This document shows positions 1-12,633 of a stretch of DNA of 64,000 nucleotides, piece by piece. The position numbers were made by a program, and so were the translations under genes. The DNA is taken from contig OZ024742.1 of assembly GCA_964016885.1 (NCBI GenBank), positions 315,146,001 to 315,210,000 of the forward strand, read 5' to 3'. This DNA comes from Eledone cirrhosa (Eukaryota). Below the pieces are notes generated by a model that ran no database searches, was not told where the DNA came from, and was given only the letters and a program-made list of their open reading frames with translations. Within the stretch, counting starts at the first letter, position 1, and each line of letters opens with the position of its first letter.

Positions 1-292
1 GTACATATATATATATATATATACAAATGTATATATATATATATATATACATATATACACAGATGTATATATATATATATATATATATATACACAAATGT
101 ATATATATATATATATATATACAAATGTATATATATATATATATATACAAATGTATATATATATATATACAAATGTATATATATATATATATATATACAA
201 ATGTATATATATATATATATATACAAATGTATATATATATATATATATAAATGTATATATATATATATATATATACAAATGTATATATATAT

Positions 293-327
<35 letters not shown>

Positions 328-328
328 A

Positions 329-389
<61 letters not shown>
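1..389. repeat. (TA)n microsatellite with recurring ACAAATG interruptions
   Basis: Directly visible low-complexity tract. Confidence 0.95.
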
Positions 390-390
<1 letters not shown>

Positions 391-1775
391 GAGAGGGGAC
401 GTGTGTGAGAGCCAAATCCCTAATGTTCATGCATAACCATCATATGAATGAGGCACTTCCTTTTTTTACTTCTGGGAATAATCCTTTGCCTACAAAATCA
501 CTATTATTTCACAGGACACAGGGATAGCCATACTAATTTCATACTATGGTTATCGGAATTCTTACTTCAGCGCTTTTCTATCATACCAATACTCCTGCCA
601 CTTGTATGTTTGAGAAAGACTCAAAAATTACATGTTGCATATGCACGCGTACGCCAACTACTAATCAGAACATATGTATGTACACATGCATAATGCCTGC
701 GTTTCTCACCAACTCATAACTCAGAAATGGCACCTGTGATTTCTTACCCTTTCATTTATATATTTCGCTGTTTGTTGGCTATTCGTTGCGTCTTTCTTTT
801 CTTTGCTATTGAAGCAAGTGATTTAGACTGAATAGAACGTTTATATCCATTTTGATCTCACCAATTACAAAACTAAAGTGTAGGAAATGTAAATATTAAA
901 GGAAATATGATAGAGTAGTACTATATATATATATACGATCAATCCAAGCAATGTTATAAACGTCAGTGGGACTTGTAACAGCAAACACAACGTCAATAGC
1001 ATTAAAATACATCAAAGATAACATTAACTATAACAGCAACAGCGCCATCAACAATAGAAACTACATTAATAACTAAAATCACAGCAGATGTTCTGTGAAT
1101 ATTCCATGGATGAACTCCAAGCAAAATGTCCTTAGTAAATGCAATATTTCTCTACAAAACATGAACTATTAAATAACATTTCTTTATTTAAGGAAGAATG
1201 TGTATTACTATAGACGAAAGGTTGTCATTTTCATGTCCGTTTTTCCCTGGTTGCTCAGGCTGAACGAAGCTCAGAGCTAATATTGGTTCCATAGGCGTTA
1301 AGCGAATGAAAGTACAAACCTTCCTCTGATATTCGTTTTTAACTGAATGACCTGGAACAACGGGAAATTAAGTATCTTGTTCAAGGATACAACGAACCAT
1401 TAGGACTGGTTTGTGCTTACTCATAACTATAATATCAACACAATCTTTTGAATTGTAAAAAAAACTACCAGCAGCACACAGGTGCATTTTTGTAATAATG
1501 TATGAGATAGTAAAGGCAAACGTTTAAAGTAGTCTGTTAAGAATTTGATAAAGAAATTACGATGATAATAAAACAATAGATAATTCAACATCGATTATAT
1601 ATGTTATGGAGCAGCTGAAACTTAATATTATATTTTAATAAACTATTCTATTTATTTTATATATACAGTAAACCATTTCAGTAAAAATAATAAAAAGTCG
1701 AGTAATTTTGAGAAGTTATATTAGGATCTATTGTCGGAAATATATTCGGACGTAATGGATACATGCGTACACATA

Positions 1776-1927
<152 letters not shown>

Positions 1928-4504
1928 CATAAGAAAGAACTATTGCTCCTACACTACAACAAAAACATGCGAAATAAGTGAGGGTACCCTTGAAACTGTG
2001 ATAGGAAAACTCCAAGATAAGAAAACACCAGGAAGAGACATGATTGTCGGCTACTGGTACAAAAAACAGTAACTTACTGACTTCTACCAACAAGTTCTTA
2101 AGGGAGATACACTTATACCAGAATGGTTGACATTAGCACAAACATTACTGGTCCCCAAGAACAAAGACACACACTTGGCAAAAAACTACCGACCAGAACC
2201 TGATATATAAGATATATACAGCCTGGCTGAACCTATTCCTCCAAGATCACTGGGAAAATAATAACATCATCACAGATGAACAAGCAGCTGGAAAGAAAGA
2301 GGTTTGTGGATGTGCTGAACAACTTCTAATCAACAAAACTGCGATGTCGGAGGTGCTACAACTTAGGAGAAATATGGCTACAGTGTGGCTGGACTAGAGG
2401 AAACATTTCCATTCTGTTCTCCACTCTTGAATGATAGAGGCCCTCCAACTTGCTAAAGTCCTAGACATTATTATCAGAGCCATAAAGAAGCTGCCTTCTT
2501 CTTGGGCTACTATCCTAAGGTTTAAGACAGAGAAGGAGCACTCTATTTTCACTGATAAAATAAAATATCGCAGGGGTATATTTCAGGGAGACAGTCTCTC
2601 TGTGATATTATTCATCTTGTCATTAAACCCCTTGTTCTTTCTGCTCAAGAAATGTGAGCGATACATCATTGGCTCACAGGAGGACAGAAATACGAACCTA
2701 ACCCATAATTTCTTTGTGGATGATCTGAAACTCTATGCCAAGAACATGGATGGGATGAGGAAAAATCTTGATCTGGTTACAACGTTCTCAAACGATATCG
2801 GAATGGAGTTTGGCCACGATAAATGCTCATATATATGACTGTAAAGCGGGTAAAAACAACAACCCAATCTAGCAACATTGTCATCAATGGCCTAACTGTT
2901 TCACCGATATCTGATGAGGACTGCTACAGATACCGGGGATAGATGAGAACATATCCTATAATGGTATCTGTAATAAAGAACGCGTAACCATGGAATACTA
3001 CACCCGATTAAGCAAGATCTGGTCATTGGAACTCTCTGCGCAAAACAAAACAATAGCTCACAATGTGTTTGCTGAGCCTGTCCTAACACCAACGTTTGGA
3101 ATACTCAATTGGACGATAGACGAAATCCGAGCAGTTGATGTTGGAACTCGAAAGATACTGAACAACACTGGAAACTTCCACATCAACAGTGACATAGACC
3201 GCCTTTACTTGAAACGTAAGCAGGGAGGCAGAGGCCTAACATCAGTCCAGACAACATTTGAATGTCACATCATATCCCTCCGACAAAGCGTAGGAACCCG
3301 TCTCTCGAGAAAGTCTATCTTCATGAAACAGATAAGATCATGAGAATTGGGAAAGAACTCCTCGAGAGATATTCCCTGTGTGATAATCAAAATCTCACAC
3401 CCAGGGAAGTCGCTCAGCAGTATCGCAGTGAATCCATGGATGAAAAACTGCATGCTTATCAGCAAAAAATCATGCATGGATATGTTGCCAGGAAGCTCCA
3501 GAGTGAGAGTAATATAGATAAGTAAAGTAATCTATCTTGGACCAATAACCACTATATTGGCTCCCACTTTGAAGATTATACGCTTTTGCAATCCAAGAAC
3601 AGGAAATTAACACGAAATACCTGATTCACAAAAGAGATATGGATGCAGGCAAAACACCTAGATGTACAGACTCTGCAGAATTAACATCGAAGATGTAACC
3701 CATTTCATCAGCAGCTGCCCAAAGATGTCATCGCGGTACTATCTACCTATGAGGCATGATGTAGTGGCCAAAACACTGTACAATGCAATCGGTAGAAAAG
3801 ATAGCCCCGATAATAAACACATTAAAAGCTACAGCAATGTGGAAGACATCCATATATACATAATATGAAAGAGTACTGGTGGAATGTTCCAGTAGAAAAC
3901 CAAATAAAATGCAGGCATAACAAACCAGATATTATGATATGGGACAGGGAGAAGATAACATGCACAGTAGTGGAAGAAAGCTGCCCAGCAGATGCCAATA
4001 TAATATCAAAGACTAGCGAAAAGGAAAATTTTTATGCAGAACTGATGAGAAATCTGCAGATACTCCACCCTGATTACACCTTCAGATTTATGCCTGTGAT
4101 TATTGGGGCACTGGGATATGTTAGTAACTGCCTCAATACACATCTTGAGAAGCTAGGCTTCACAGGAACCGAAAGAACACAATTAGTTAGGAAATTACAA
4201 GTACAATCCATTAATGGAACAGTAAAAATATGTGAAATATTCCAAAACCTTTGCATCTAATAACTGCATATACACATGTATAGATATAAAACATATACAC
4301 ATGCACACATACAACTCAAACCATCCACATCCACACATACAAGAAAAAATAATAACGTCCATATCTACACATACATGCATGCAGGCATGCATACATAATC
4401 TACCTAGTTGATGTATAAATTCCACTGAGAGAGTCTTGTAACTGTTACAAACCGACTCTCTCTCTATATTGGCAAACATTTGTGAAATTATAGAACCAGG
4501 AGAA
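1928..4504 (+). mobile_element. 5'-truncated, degraded R4/Dong-like non-LTR retrotransposon (RT + CCHC + restriction-like endonuclease)
   Basis: ORF fragments carry RT motifs (RGIFQGDSLS, FFVDDLKLY), RLYLKRKQGGRGL, zinc knuckle remnant (RLC..HFISSC), RHD, KPDIMIW..E.SCP..KE..Y, PVIIGALG; many stops and frameshifts; (TACA)n on both flanks. Confidence 0.9.
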
Positions 4505-4519
4505 CATACATACATACAT

Positions 4520-5119
4520 GGTAGCTGCCAACTCGTTTTCGAGTACGGCCACTACTTTATATCCATGTAGGAGAAACCCTACCGATGCGCTGAACAAGTG
4601 TGGCTTTATAGTCCAGCCAGCGACTTGAAAACTCTGGTACAAACACTACACTTGTGACAATTATTGACACATAGTGCTGGGCCCATGGTACCATGTGATG
4701 ACAAGTGCAGAGATATTTCCAGATATAAAGCAGTGCCTGTGCCGTGAAGCTTTTATAGTGAGCAAAGGCACTGCACAAAGCCAGTCCCACTCTCTTAACC
4801 AAGATGATATTTACCAAAAAGAAGAACATCATTGGATACCATCAGGGTTGCAGGTGTTATATCAGAGTTTTCCTTCTCCTAGAATTCTGCCTTGACAAAG
4901 GCTAAGGGGTCATCTCTCCCGGTGTTTTTGGATTGCCATTGACTCTTAAGAGCTCCTTTGCCCTTTGACAGGTTTTGGTTTTAGTCCTGCAGGATGTCCA
5001 AAGTCACCCTCCTCACCAAGAAACCTTGGTGGGGTTGTCAGTTTAGTCGCCAACGACCCGACCGTGGGACAGGTTGTACTGGGATATATGTTACCAGTAG
5101 CACCAACTGGTGACCTGAC
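4520..5119 (-). mobile_element. Unclassified ~600-bp non-coding insertion, possibly a non-autonomous RTE-derived element
   Basis: GC-richer block bounded by (TACA)n on both sides; minus strand contains CTAGGAGAAGGAAACTCTGA, which from memory resembles RTE 5' UTRs. Confidence 0.35.
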
Positions 5120-5131
5120 ATACATACATAC

Positions 5132-5632
5132 ATATTAAAGATTAACGAAAAAAGAATATCTATGCAGAAGAAATGAGGAATCTGCAGATACTCCACCCTG
5201 ACTAGACCTTCTGATTTATACCTGTGATTATTGAGGAACTGGGATATGTTAGTAACAGCCTCAGTACAAGTCCTAAGAAGCTGGGCTTCACAGAAACAGA
5301 AAGAACACGACTAGTTAGGAAATTACATTAATGGAAATTACATTAATGGAACGGTACAAATATGTAAAACATTCCAAAAGATATGCGTCTAATAATTGCG
5401 TGTACACATGTAGATACAAAACATATGCATATGCACACATATAACTTAAAACATATACATTCACACATGCATTAACATCCATACCTGCACACACACACAC
5501 ACAGGCATGCAGAAATGCATACATATCTGCCATGTTGATGTTTAAATTCCAATGAAAGAGCCTTGTATCTATGCTAGAAACCGATTCTCTCTCTATTGGT
5601 AAAAATGTATAAAATTATAAAACCAGAAGAAC
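5132..5632 (+). mobile_element. 3' fragment of the same (TACA)n-flanked R4/Dong-like family
   Basis: Aligns by eye to ~4003-4504 (aatctgcagatactccaccctga ... ttataaaaccagaagaacatacatac); CATA repeats on both sides. Confidence 0.9.
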
Positions 5633-7109
5633 ATACATACATATATATATATATATATACTACAACTGATATGTGTGTATGTGTGCGTGTGTTTAGGTAT
5701 GCGTGTCCGTATGTGAAATGTGCAAGATTTAAAAATACAAAATTGAGTGCAGCAGATAAATGAAATTGAAGCAACGGTATCCTGTCATTAAAAGAAAGAA
5801 TTAGCCCTCCTCCGTGATACAATTGAGAACATAACAATTATAAATATTTTGAGGAAGTACTTAGGTAGAGTTACTATCATACAATCAGTATGAAATACCA
5901 AAATTACTTTTATTAACCTTGAGAAAGATTAATATTCTACATCATAAATTACATTAAAACCAAGCTTTTTTATCATTATGAACAAGGGTGTCTCTAAACG
6001 GTTGCATGACCATCTAAACATAGGAAACAGTTCAAATTACGCTTAAGAAGCAAAATGATACATTGGGTTGTGTAAGCCTACATACCAGTAGCAAAAAGAA
6101 CTGCTATGTCCTTGGATAAATAAAAATGTTAGTGGCCATGCATCGTACAGGGTTTTAAACGCAGGGGTTCGAAAAAAGAATGTTAATAGAGTAATGAAAT
6201 GCTGAAAGACAACTTAAAGTCCTGTTCCACATGAATCCGTATTATTAAATATAAAGAAAACAATTCTAACTCCCTCTGCTGCCATTCGGAGATTCTGAGA
6301 TTAAACCTCTTCCAAAATATCGACATTCATATAATAGGGTATTGAACACATGCTTATTTTTAATAACCTACGGATGGAGAATTTTTTACATCGTGTGGTA
6401 TGAATCGACTGTTCTACAAAACAGATAAGCCACTAAACACCCACAGATATGAAAGTACAACCGATATATTCAGGAAAAACTGATAAATGATTAAAAAAAA
6501 AAGAAACAATGTATATGCCACTACTATAGTTATCATAGGCTGAATAATTACCAGAATACCCTAACATTTCTGCGTGAAATCTATATGATAATACACACCA
6601 CCTTAAGAACAAGATGTTAGCGTTTAAAACCTAATCCTGGAACACGAACAACGTTAAAACTAAAACAGGTTTTACAATTACACAACTTGCTTGGTATCTC
6701 TGCTAAACAGAGCCCACCTCGTACGCAGATCGATTCAATAGTAAAGATCATACTGTCAAATACCTGCACAACTCACAGAACACATACCGCACATCCCCAC
6801 CCGATAAAGTAATACAACCTACGCAATATAAGCTATAAAGAATTAACACACAAGAAAATAACACTAGAGGTGCACTTATATAATCTACTCCTGACATCGT
6901 AATATATTCCATTCAAAACCAAACTCTCACCCATGTCTTATTCTACAAACTGTTGGCATATTAATGTGCAATTCAAATGGCAGTAATAAGTCGCATGGAC
7001 CGTTGAAATGAAAAATAAATGTAAGAAAGAGGAAATGATTCACTGAAAAATAAGCAGAAAACTTTTATTTGAATGTTCCCTTCATCATCCAGAATCTGGT
7101 CTAAAGTCT

Positions 7110-7370
7110 GTCTTAAGCCAGAAGGCTCGTTAGACCGGTGCTTTTCCGGTTTCATGGCGTGAAGCGACTGGGAGTACAAGACTTCCTCCTGGACATGACA
7201 CCGGTCCATAAACCCCCAGCTATTGCTGATACTCATTTTCAGCTGAGTATACTGGAGCAACGTGAAATGAAGTGTTTTGCTCAAGAACACAACACGCAAC
7301 CCAGTCCAGGAATTGAACCCCACGACATTATGATCGTAAGTCCAACACACCACTATGCCACGCGCCTCCA
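7110..7370 (-). mobile_element. tRNA-derived SINE
   Basis: Minus strand head GGAGGCGCGTGGCATAGTGG (A box) ... GGTTCAATTCC (B box), then body TTGTGTTCTTGAGCAAAACACTTCATTTCACGTTGCTCCAGT. Confidence 0.8.
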
Positions 7371-7709
7371 AAATCTAGTACTGAAAATAAAGATAGTAAG
7401 ATCCTGTGGGATTTGTCAGCGTTAGGTAGTAATATAATATAGGCCAACTGAGAATAGATAGGATCATAATTAAATGAAATAGGATTCAAGATTAAAAACA
7501 CTGTTGTATTATAATATAGCAAATGAAACAGTAATATTGAAATGTATCTAAACTTTCCGAAAACGCTACGAAAAACAAGCAAAATAGCATGCAAAAAACA
7601 TGCAGTTAAAGTGATACAAGCTCATAAAGCCTGATATTAAATCTTAAAATATAAATGTGATACGATAAGCCTGGAACTTTGGTGATTATGATGGTGGTGA
7701 TCATAATGA

Positions 7710-7710
7710 T

Positions 7711-7790
<80 letters not shown>

Positions 7791-7880
7791 GGTGGTGGTA
7801 GGAGGAGGAGGAGGTGGTAGGAGGAGGAGGAGGAGGGGGAGGGGGAGTGGGAGGAGGGGGAGGAGGAGGAGGAGAGGGGA
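7710..7880. repeat. Compound trinucleotide repeat (TAG)n(TGG)n(GGA)n
   Basis: Directly visible. Confidence 0.95.
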
Positions 7881-8154
7881 GGGTCATATTAATAACGAGT
7901 GATCTAGGAAATGCGATAATTTTCATAAAACTATGCATTATCTGTTCAATTACGAGCCACATTTTTGACACGACTTGCTAATATTAGCAGCTAATATTCC
8001 TCAAATAAACCCTGTCTATTGAAACTCGAAAACACGATGTATTTATAAAGCACCATCTCTGAAAAAAATAACGTGAGAAAATCAAGAGTAGAACATCTTT
8101 TTAATCAAAGGCCAGCTCTTTTGGGGCTGATCTTAACCTGAATAAAACATCCTT

Positions 8155-8695
8155 CTTTTTCTTCTCCCATTTATTCCTGAGAGGGTCATGGGAGCAGAGT
8201 CTTCAAACACTCCTTCCAGCGGATGCTGTCAGAAGCAACCGTCCCCAACTGATGCGGTTGGACCCCCAAGCGTGACCAACCAACCTCATGGATGTTATCC
8301 AACTATCTTGCTAGGGTCTACCACTGAGTTTCTTGCTGGTTGGTTTTGACCGTAAATTCTGTCCATCGATTCTTTCCTGTGACATTATAACCACATGTCC
8401 ATAATATTGGAGCTGGGATCTCTCAATTCGGAGAAGTAGCGGCTTTGCCTGGAGTAACTCACTTTTCTCCGAGTTACGCACTTTATCGAGTAACGTGACT
8501 CCAAAGACCCTTCGGAGGAAACCCATTTCGGCCACTTATTTTCACGATCGTATTCCTTCGATCATTACCCACGATTCATGACCATGAGTAAGGGTTGGCA
8601 CGAAAACCGAATTGGAGATAGTGAGTTTGGCCTTTAGGCCTACCTCTCTTCTTCTGGTTACTGAATACTGGTGGATTACTGCACCAGCTTTAAAA
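8155..8695 (-). mobile_element. RTE-clade LINE 3' fragment
   Basis: ORF 8311-8535 AEMGFLRRVFGVTLLDKVRN...LQYYGHV...GRP is a typical RTE C-terminus; homologous to 54100-54737. Confidence 0.85.
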
Positions 8696-9177
8696 TAACA
8701 TATAATTGATTAAATTCATCATTCAAATATTGAACCTTCGAAATATTATTTGATAATCGTGTGTATAAATAAGGCACTATATCAATTTAGATGAAATTTT
8801 GTTATTTCAATATTTATTTATTTTTATTATTTTACGATGATCATATATTAGACTTGTATAAAACTCTAAATATATAATTTCCGCGAATTATTTTCTTTGT
8901 CGGTGACTTGAAAATTTCAATTTCTATATAATCATTTCCACATCAATTTTCAGCTCTTGTTGATCATATTGTATATATTGCTTTCTTCTTTCTGTCAATT
9001 TCAATCATTTTCAATTTTCTGACAAATATTGGCAAAGATATTTATTAAAATATTTTAATTATTATGCTTACTATCTGCCAAGAGCTTTATGAGCCTAAGT
9101 AAAGATTATAATTGCCTAATATTTGATTGACTCAAACGCAATTTTTAAAATATGACATATCGATAGATACAGATACA

Positions 9178-9231
<54 letters not shown>

Positions 9232-9239
9232 TTAATATA

Positions 9240-9373
9240 GAAATGGCTTCTACAGGACTAGAACTGCTTCATTCGGAGGAAACCATCAGGAAAGCCCTGG
9301 GCTTCTATATTAAATATTTATACTCTGCTATGTACTGAGTACCTTACTTACTGTTGCTACCCCCGGATAAATG
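9240..9373 (-). mobile_element. Short Penelope pLTR-like remnant in (TA)n with a degenerate hammerhead
   Basis: Minus strand CCTGATGG-TTTCCTCCGAAT-GAAGCAGTTC (core with two substitutions); flanked by TA tracts. Confidence 0.4.
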
Positions 9374-11351
9374 TATATATATATATATATACTAATATTA
9401 TAAAGTTTACAATAGGTAGTGTTGGCATAACCTTAGCCTCTGGATTTTGGTAGATTTCGCTGGTAATTCTAGCTGACCGAGCGACTGTACATAGGATCCC
9501 TCGGAATAACGGTTGACGTCAATAAATTGTATGTACATTGTCAACTTTTGACGGCATAGCTAAGAGATAAATGATTGAATAATATGCAAAGTGCTGGATG
9601 GGGCACAGAAGGAGGAAAATTAAAGGAGGTGAATGGATCAATACAAAAGGAGTACACAATCAGAAAACAGAACATTTAATTAACAGAGAATATAGATAGA
9701 TCTTATTGTATAAGAGAAAAAACCATAACTTAGCAGCGAACACCTGTCTTTAGTATGCTAACGAGTACAATGTTGCTAATTAGATGGCTGCCTTTTATTT
9801 ATAGAGTCAATAATGCCAAGATATTACTGAGGGAATTGTTCCAGATATATATATATTAATTTATTTTTTATTAATATGGCACAATGTATCGCATCCCAGA
9901 CTTTGCAAGGTAATTCTCACTACAACCACCGTAAGATGGTAATACATAAAATAAGACCCATTAATTATTGTGAATAAGCTTGGTTTATTAGCGTGTATTT
10001 CAGGTGCAGTTCGGGCGTGTTGAGTGAGTATGTTTTCTTAGATATGAATGACTACTTCATATATTTGAGAGTAGCTGATGAAGACTAGATTATTAAAAAA
10101 GCTTTTATACCTATTTCATGGGAAAGGCGACATCAATATTGGATGTATATACAGAAACAGAGTATTGTAATGATAGTGAATAGGAAAACGATTGGGCGAG
10201 ATAACTGATAGTAATAAAAGTACATACTCTGAGGAAGCGAACTAATAGTAATCATTCAATAGACGTCTGGTTTTGACGTTTCTACCACAAGCCTATGATC
10301 AGAAAATTTTATGAAAAAGTTACCTTCTTGAACTAAGCGCTACAGAAGTTTCTGTAATTGGCGGTTTTATAAATGGTTAGGAAAGCGAGTTACAGGATCA
10401 GAGGTGGTGTTGAAGTAAACAAGAAGCATATAGTTATATGTAAAACGTGGCTTTGTTGGTTGATATATTGCTCACAGATCCATCTGGATTGAAGAGTGGC
10501 TGACTTAAAGATTGTTTAAAGCTTGGCAAATTGCCCTAAAGCTAGGAGAATGATTGTGAAACTTTCTAACTATTTTAGTTCTAATATTGTTAAGATAGAA
10601 ATCAATGTAAAATCGTTATGACATCAAAACGTCTTATTTTCATTACATAAAAGTAAATAAAAACTACATAAAGATGAACAACTATAAGATATACGAAAGG
10701 AAAGCTTTAAAAGTCTCAGGTTTCATGGAAGCTTTTTATAACGCCGTTCGGAAGTTGTGTTAAAAAAAGAAGGAATAGTGTGGATATTCAAAATTTTTAA
10801 ACTAAATATCATCAATGAAATTAATATATACTACCATGACTAACTCTCTCTATATATACTAAAGATTTTTTTCCAGTCTCCTTCTCAACAAGGAAGATGA
10901 AAAAAATACATCGAAACTGGTTATACTTTATATACTTTATATACATTATAAAATTCTTTTTATTAAAGAATTGTCCCCTCATTATTTCAATAATGTCACT
11001 TTGACGAATCAAAGAAAGAAAACAGAAAGTAAAATAGAACCTTAAATATATTTTCCGTGCTATTTCAAATTTCACCTTTTCTCTATAAACACTGTTTTGT
11101 ATAGAACCTTACTTACCGTATCTAATAGTTATTGAGGCGGTCTGTATATATTTTATTTTATTTTATTTTATGTATATTCTTCTTGCTTCTGATTAAATTT
11201 ATCAAACAAATGTGGTATTTCAACCCTCGTAATTTTAGGCACACGATTTACTGTGTTTATTACTACATATATTATTGAAATGCTCAGTATTTATACTTTG
11301 AGCTTGTTAATTACAGGGTATCAGTATGAATTATTAACTCTGCCTTTTATT

Positions 11352-11394
<43 letters not shown>

Positions 11395-11484
11395 CCAAAT
11401 ATTTGATTGACTCAAACGTAATTTTAAAAATATGACATATCGATAGGTACAGATACAGTATTTTGTTTTATATCTTTAGCTACA

Positions 11485-11612
11485 TTGACAGAACCAATCA
11501 AAAATAAAGTGCCTTACCTAAGGTCACAGCGTGAGACAAGTTCTGGGGATCGAACCAATGCATATGAGATCGTAAATATCAATTCCCTAACGACTAGGCC
11601 ACACGCCTTCAC
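11485..11612 (-). mobile_element. tRNA-derived SINE fragment
   Basis: Minus strand GAAGGCGTGTGGCCTAGTCGTTAGG ... GGTTCGATCCCC ... CCTTAGGTAAGGCACTTTA. Confidence 0.65.
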
Positions 11613-12633
11613 TTCCACACAGGTAAAAACAAGCCGAATGTTGATATCGCTAATAAAGCTCCTGACTCTCATCTTTGTGCACCGATTAATGTAGGTATGA
11701 GTCAATGAATTATCTTCTCCGTCACTTCGGTCTTGAAAAACAGGCCAATATTACCATAGGCTTTATTTTAGTTAAAGAGTGAAATGCAGCTCCTCATGCA
11801 GCTTCCATCAATTGCTCACTTGAAGGAATATCAAAAACCTGCTCCTCTTAACCGGTCCTCAATATATTTTTCGAGTATGAGTAAACGAAGTTTGTTGAAG
11901 TAATTTTGCCATTGCTCCTTCTTTGCTTCGGCCTTGTCCAGACTTAATACTACATATTAAAAGTAATATAAGCATAATGCTTCTCTTTTTCTTTTGTAAT
12001 TCTGATTGACAAACCATATATGTATATGATACGGCCGCTGTTTTTTTTTATCGTGGTTGTTATTTTATTACCGTTGTTTTTAATGTTGTCAAGCGGCGAT
12101 TTAGAGTTACTATGTGTGTTCAAAAGTCTTTATTTTTTTCTGTAGAAATGTAAATTTTTTGTTTGAAATATTCATGTTCATGTTACTTTTCTCTTGTTGC
12201 TATTTACTGAGATGTTTCAATTTTGCTTTGATGGGCGAATTCCTATGAAACCGCCTAGGTTAAAAATTCAACAGAAATAAACAAAAATATCGAAATAAAA
12301 ACAGTCTTAATTCCGACAATGCATGAACAAAATATAAATAATAATAATAATAATGATTTCATTTATTGGCCACAAGGGACGACATATAGGGGACAATACA
12401 AAAGACTGGGACAGTGGGGTTTTACAGAAAAATCGAGTAAACAAAATGAATGACAATAACAAAGTAACAATAACAAAGTAACAATAAAGTAACAAGAAAA
12501 TTACAACAAGAAAAATTCCCCAATAGGGGGGATGACCACCCAGGGTTCGCTCAGGTACCCCACCAATCCTGAACGACCCGACGCTTCGAGAGCACCCTGG
12601 AAGGGCAGCCCTCTCCTCCTCAAATTTACCTAC

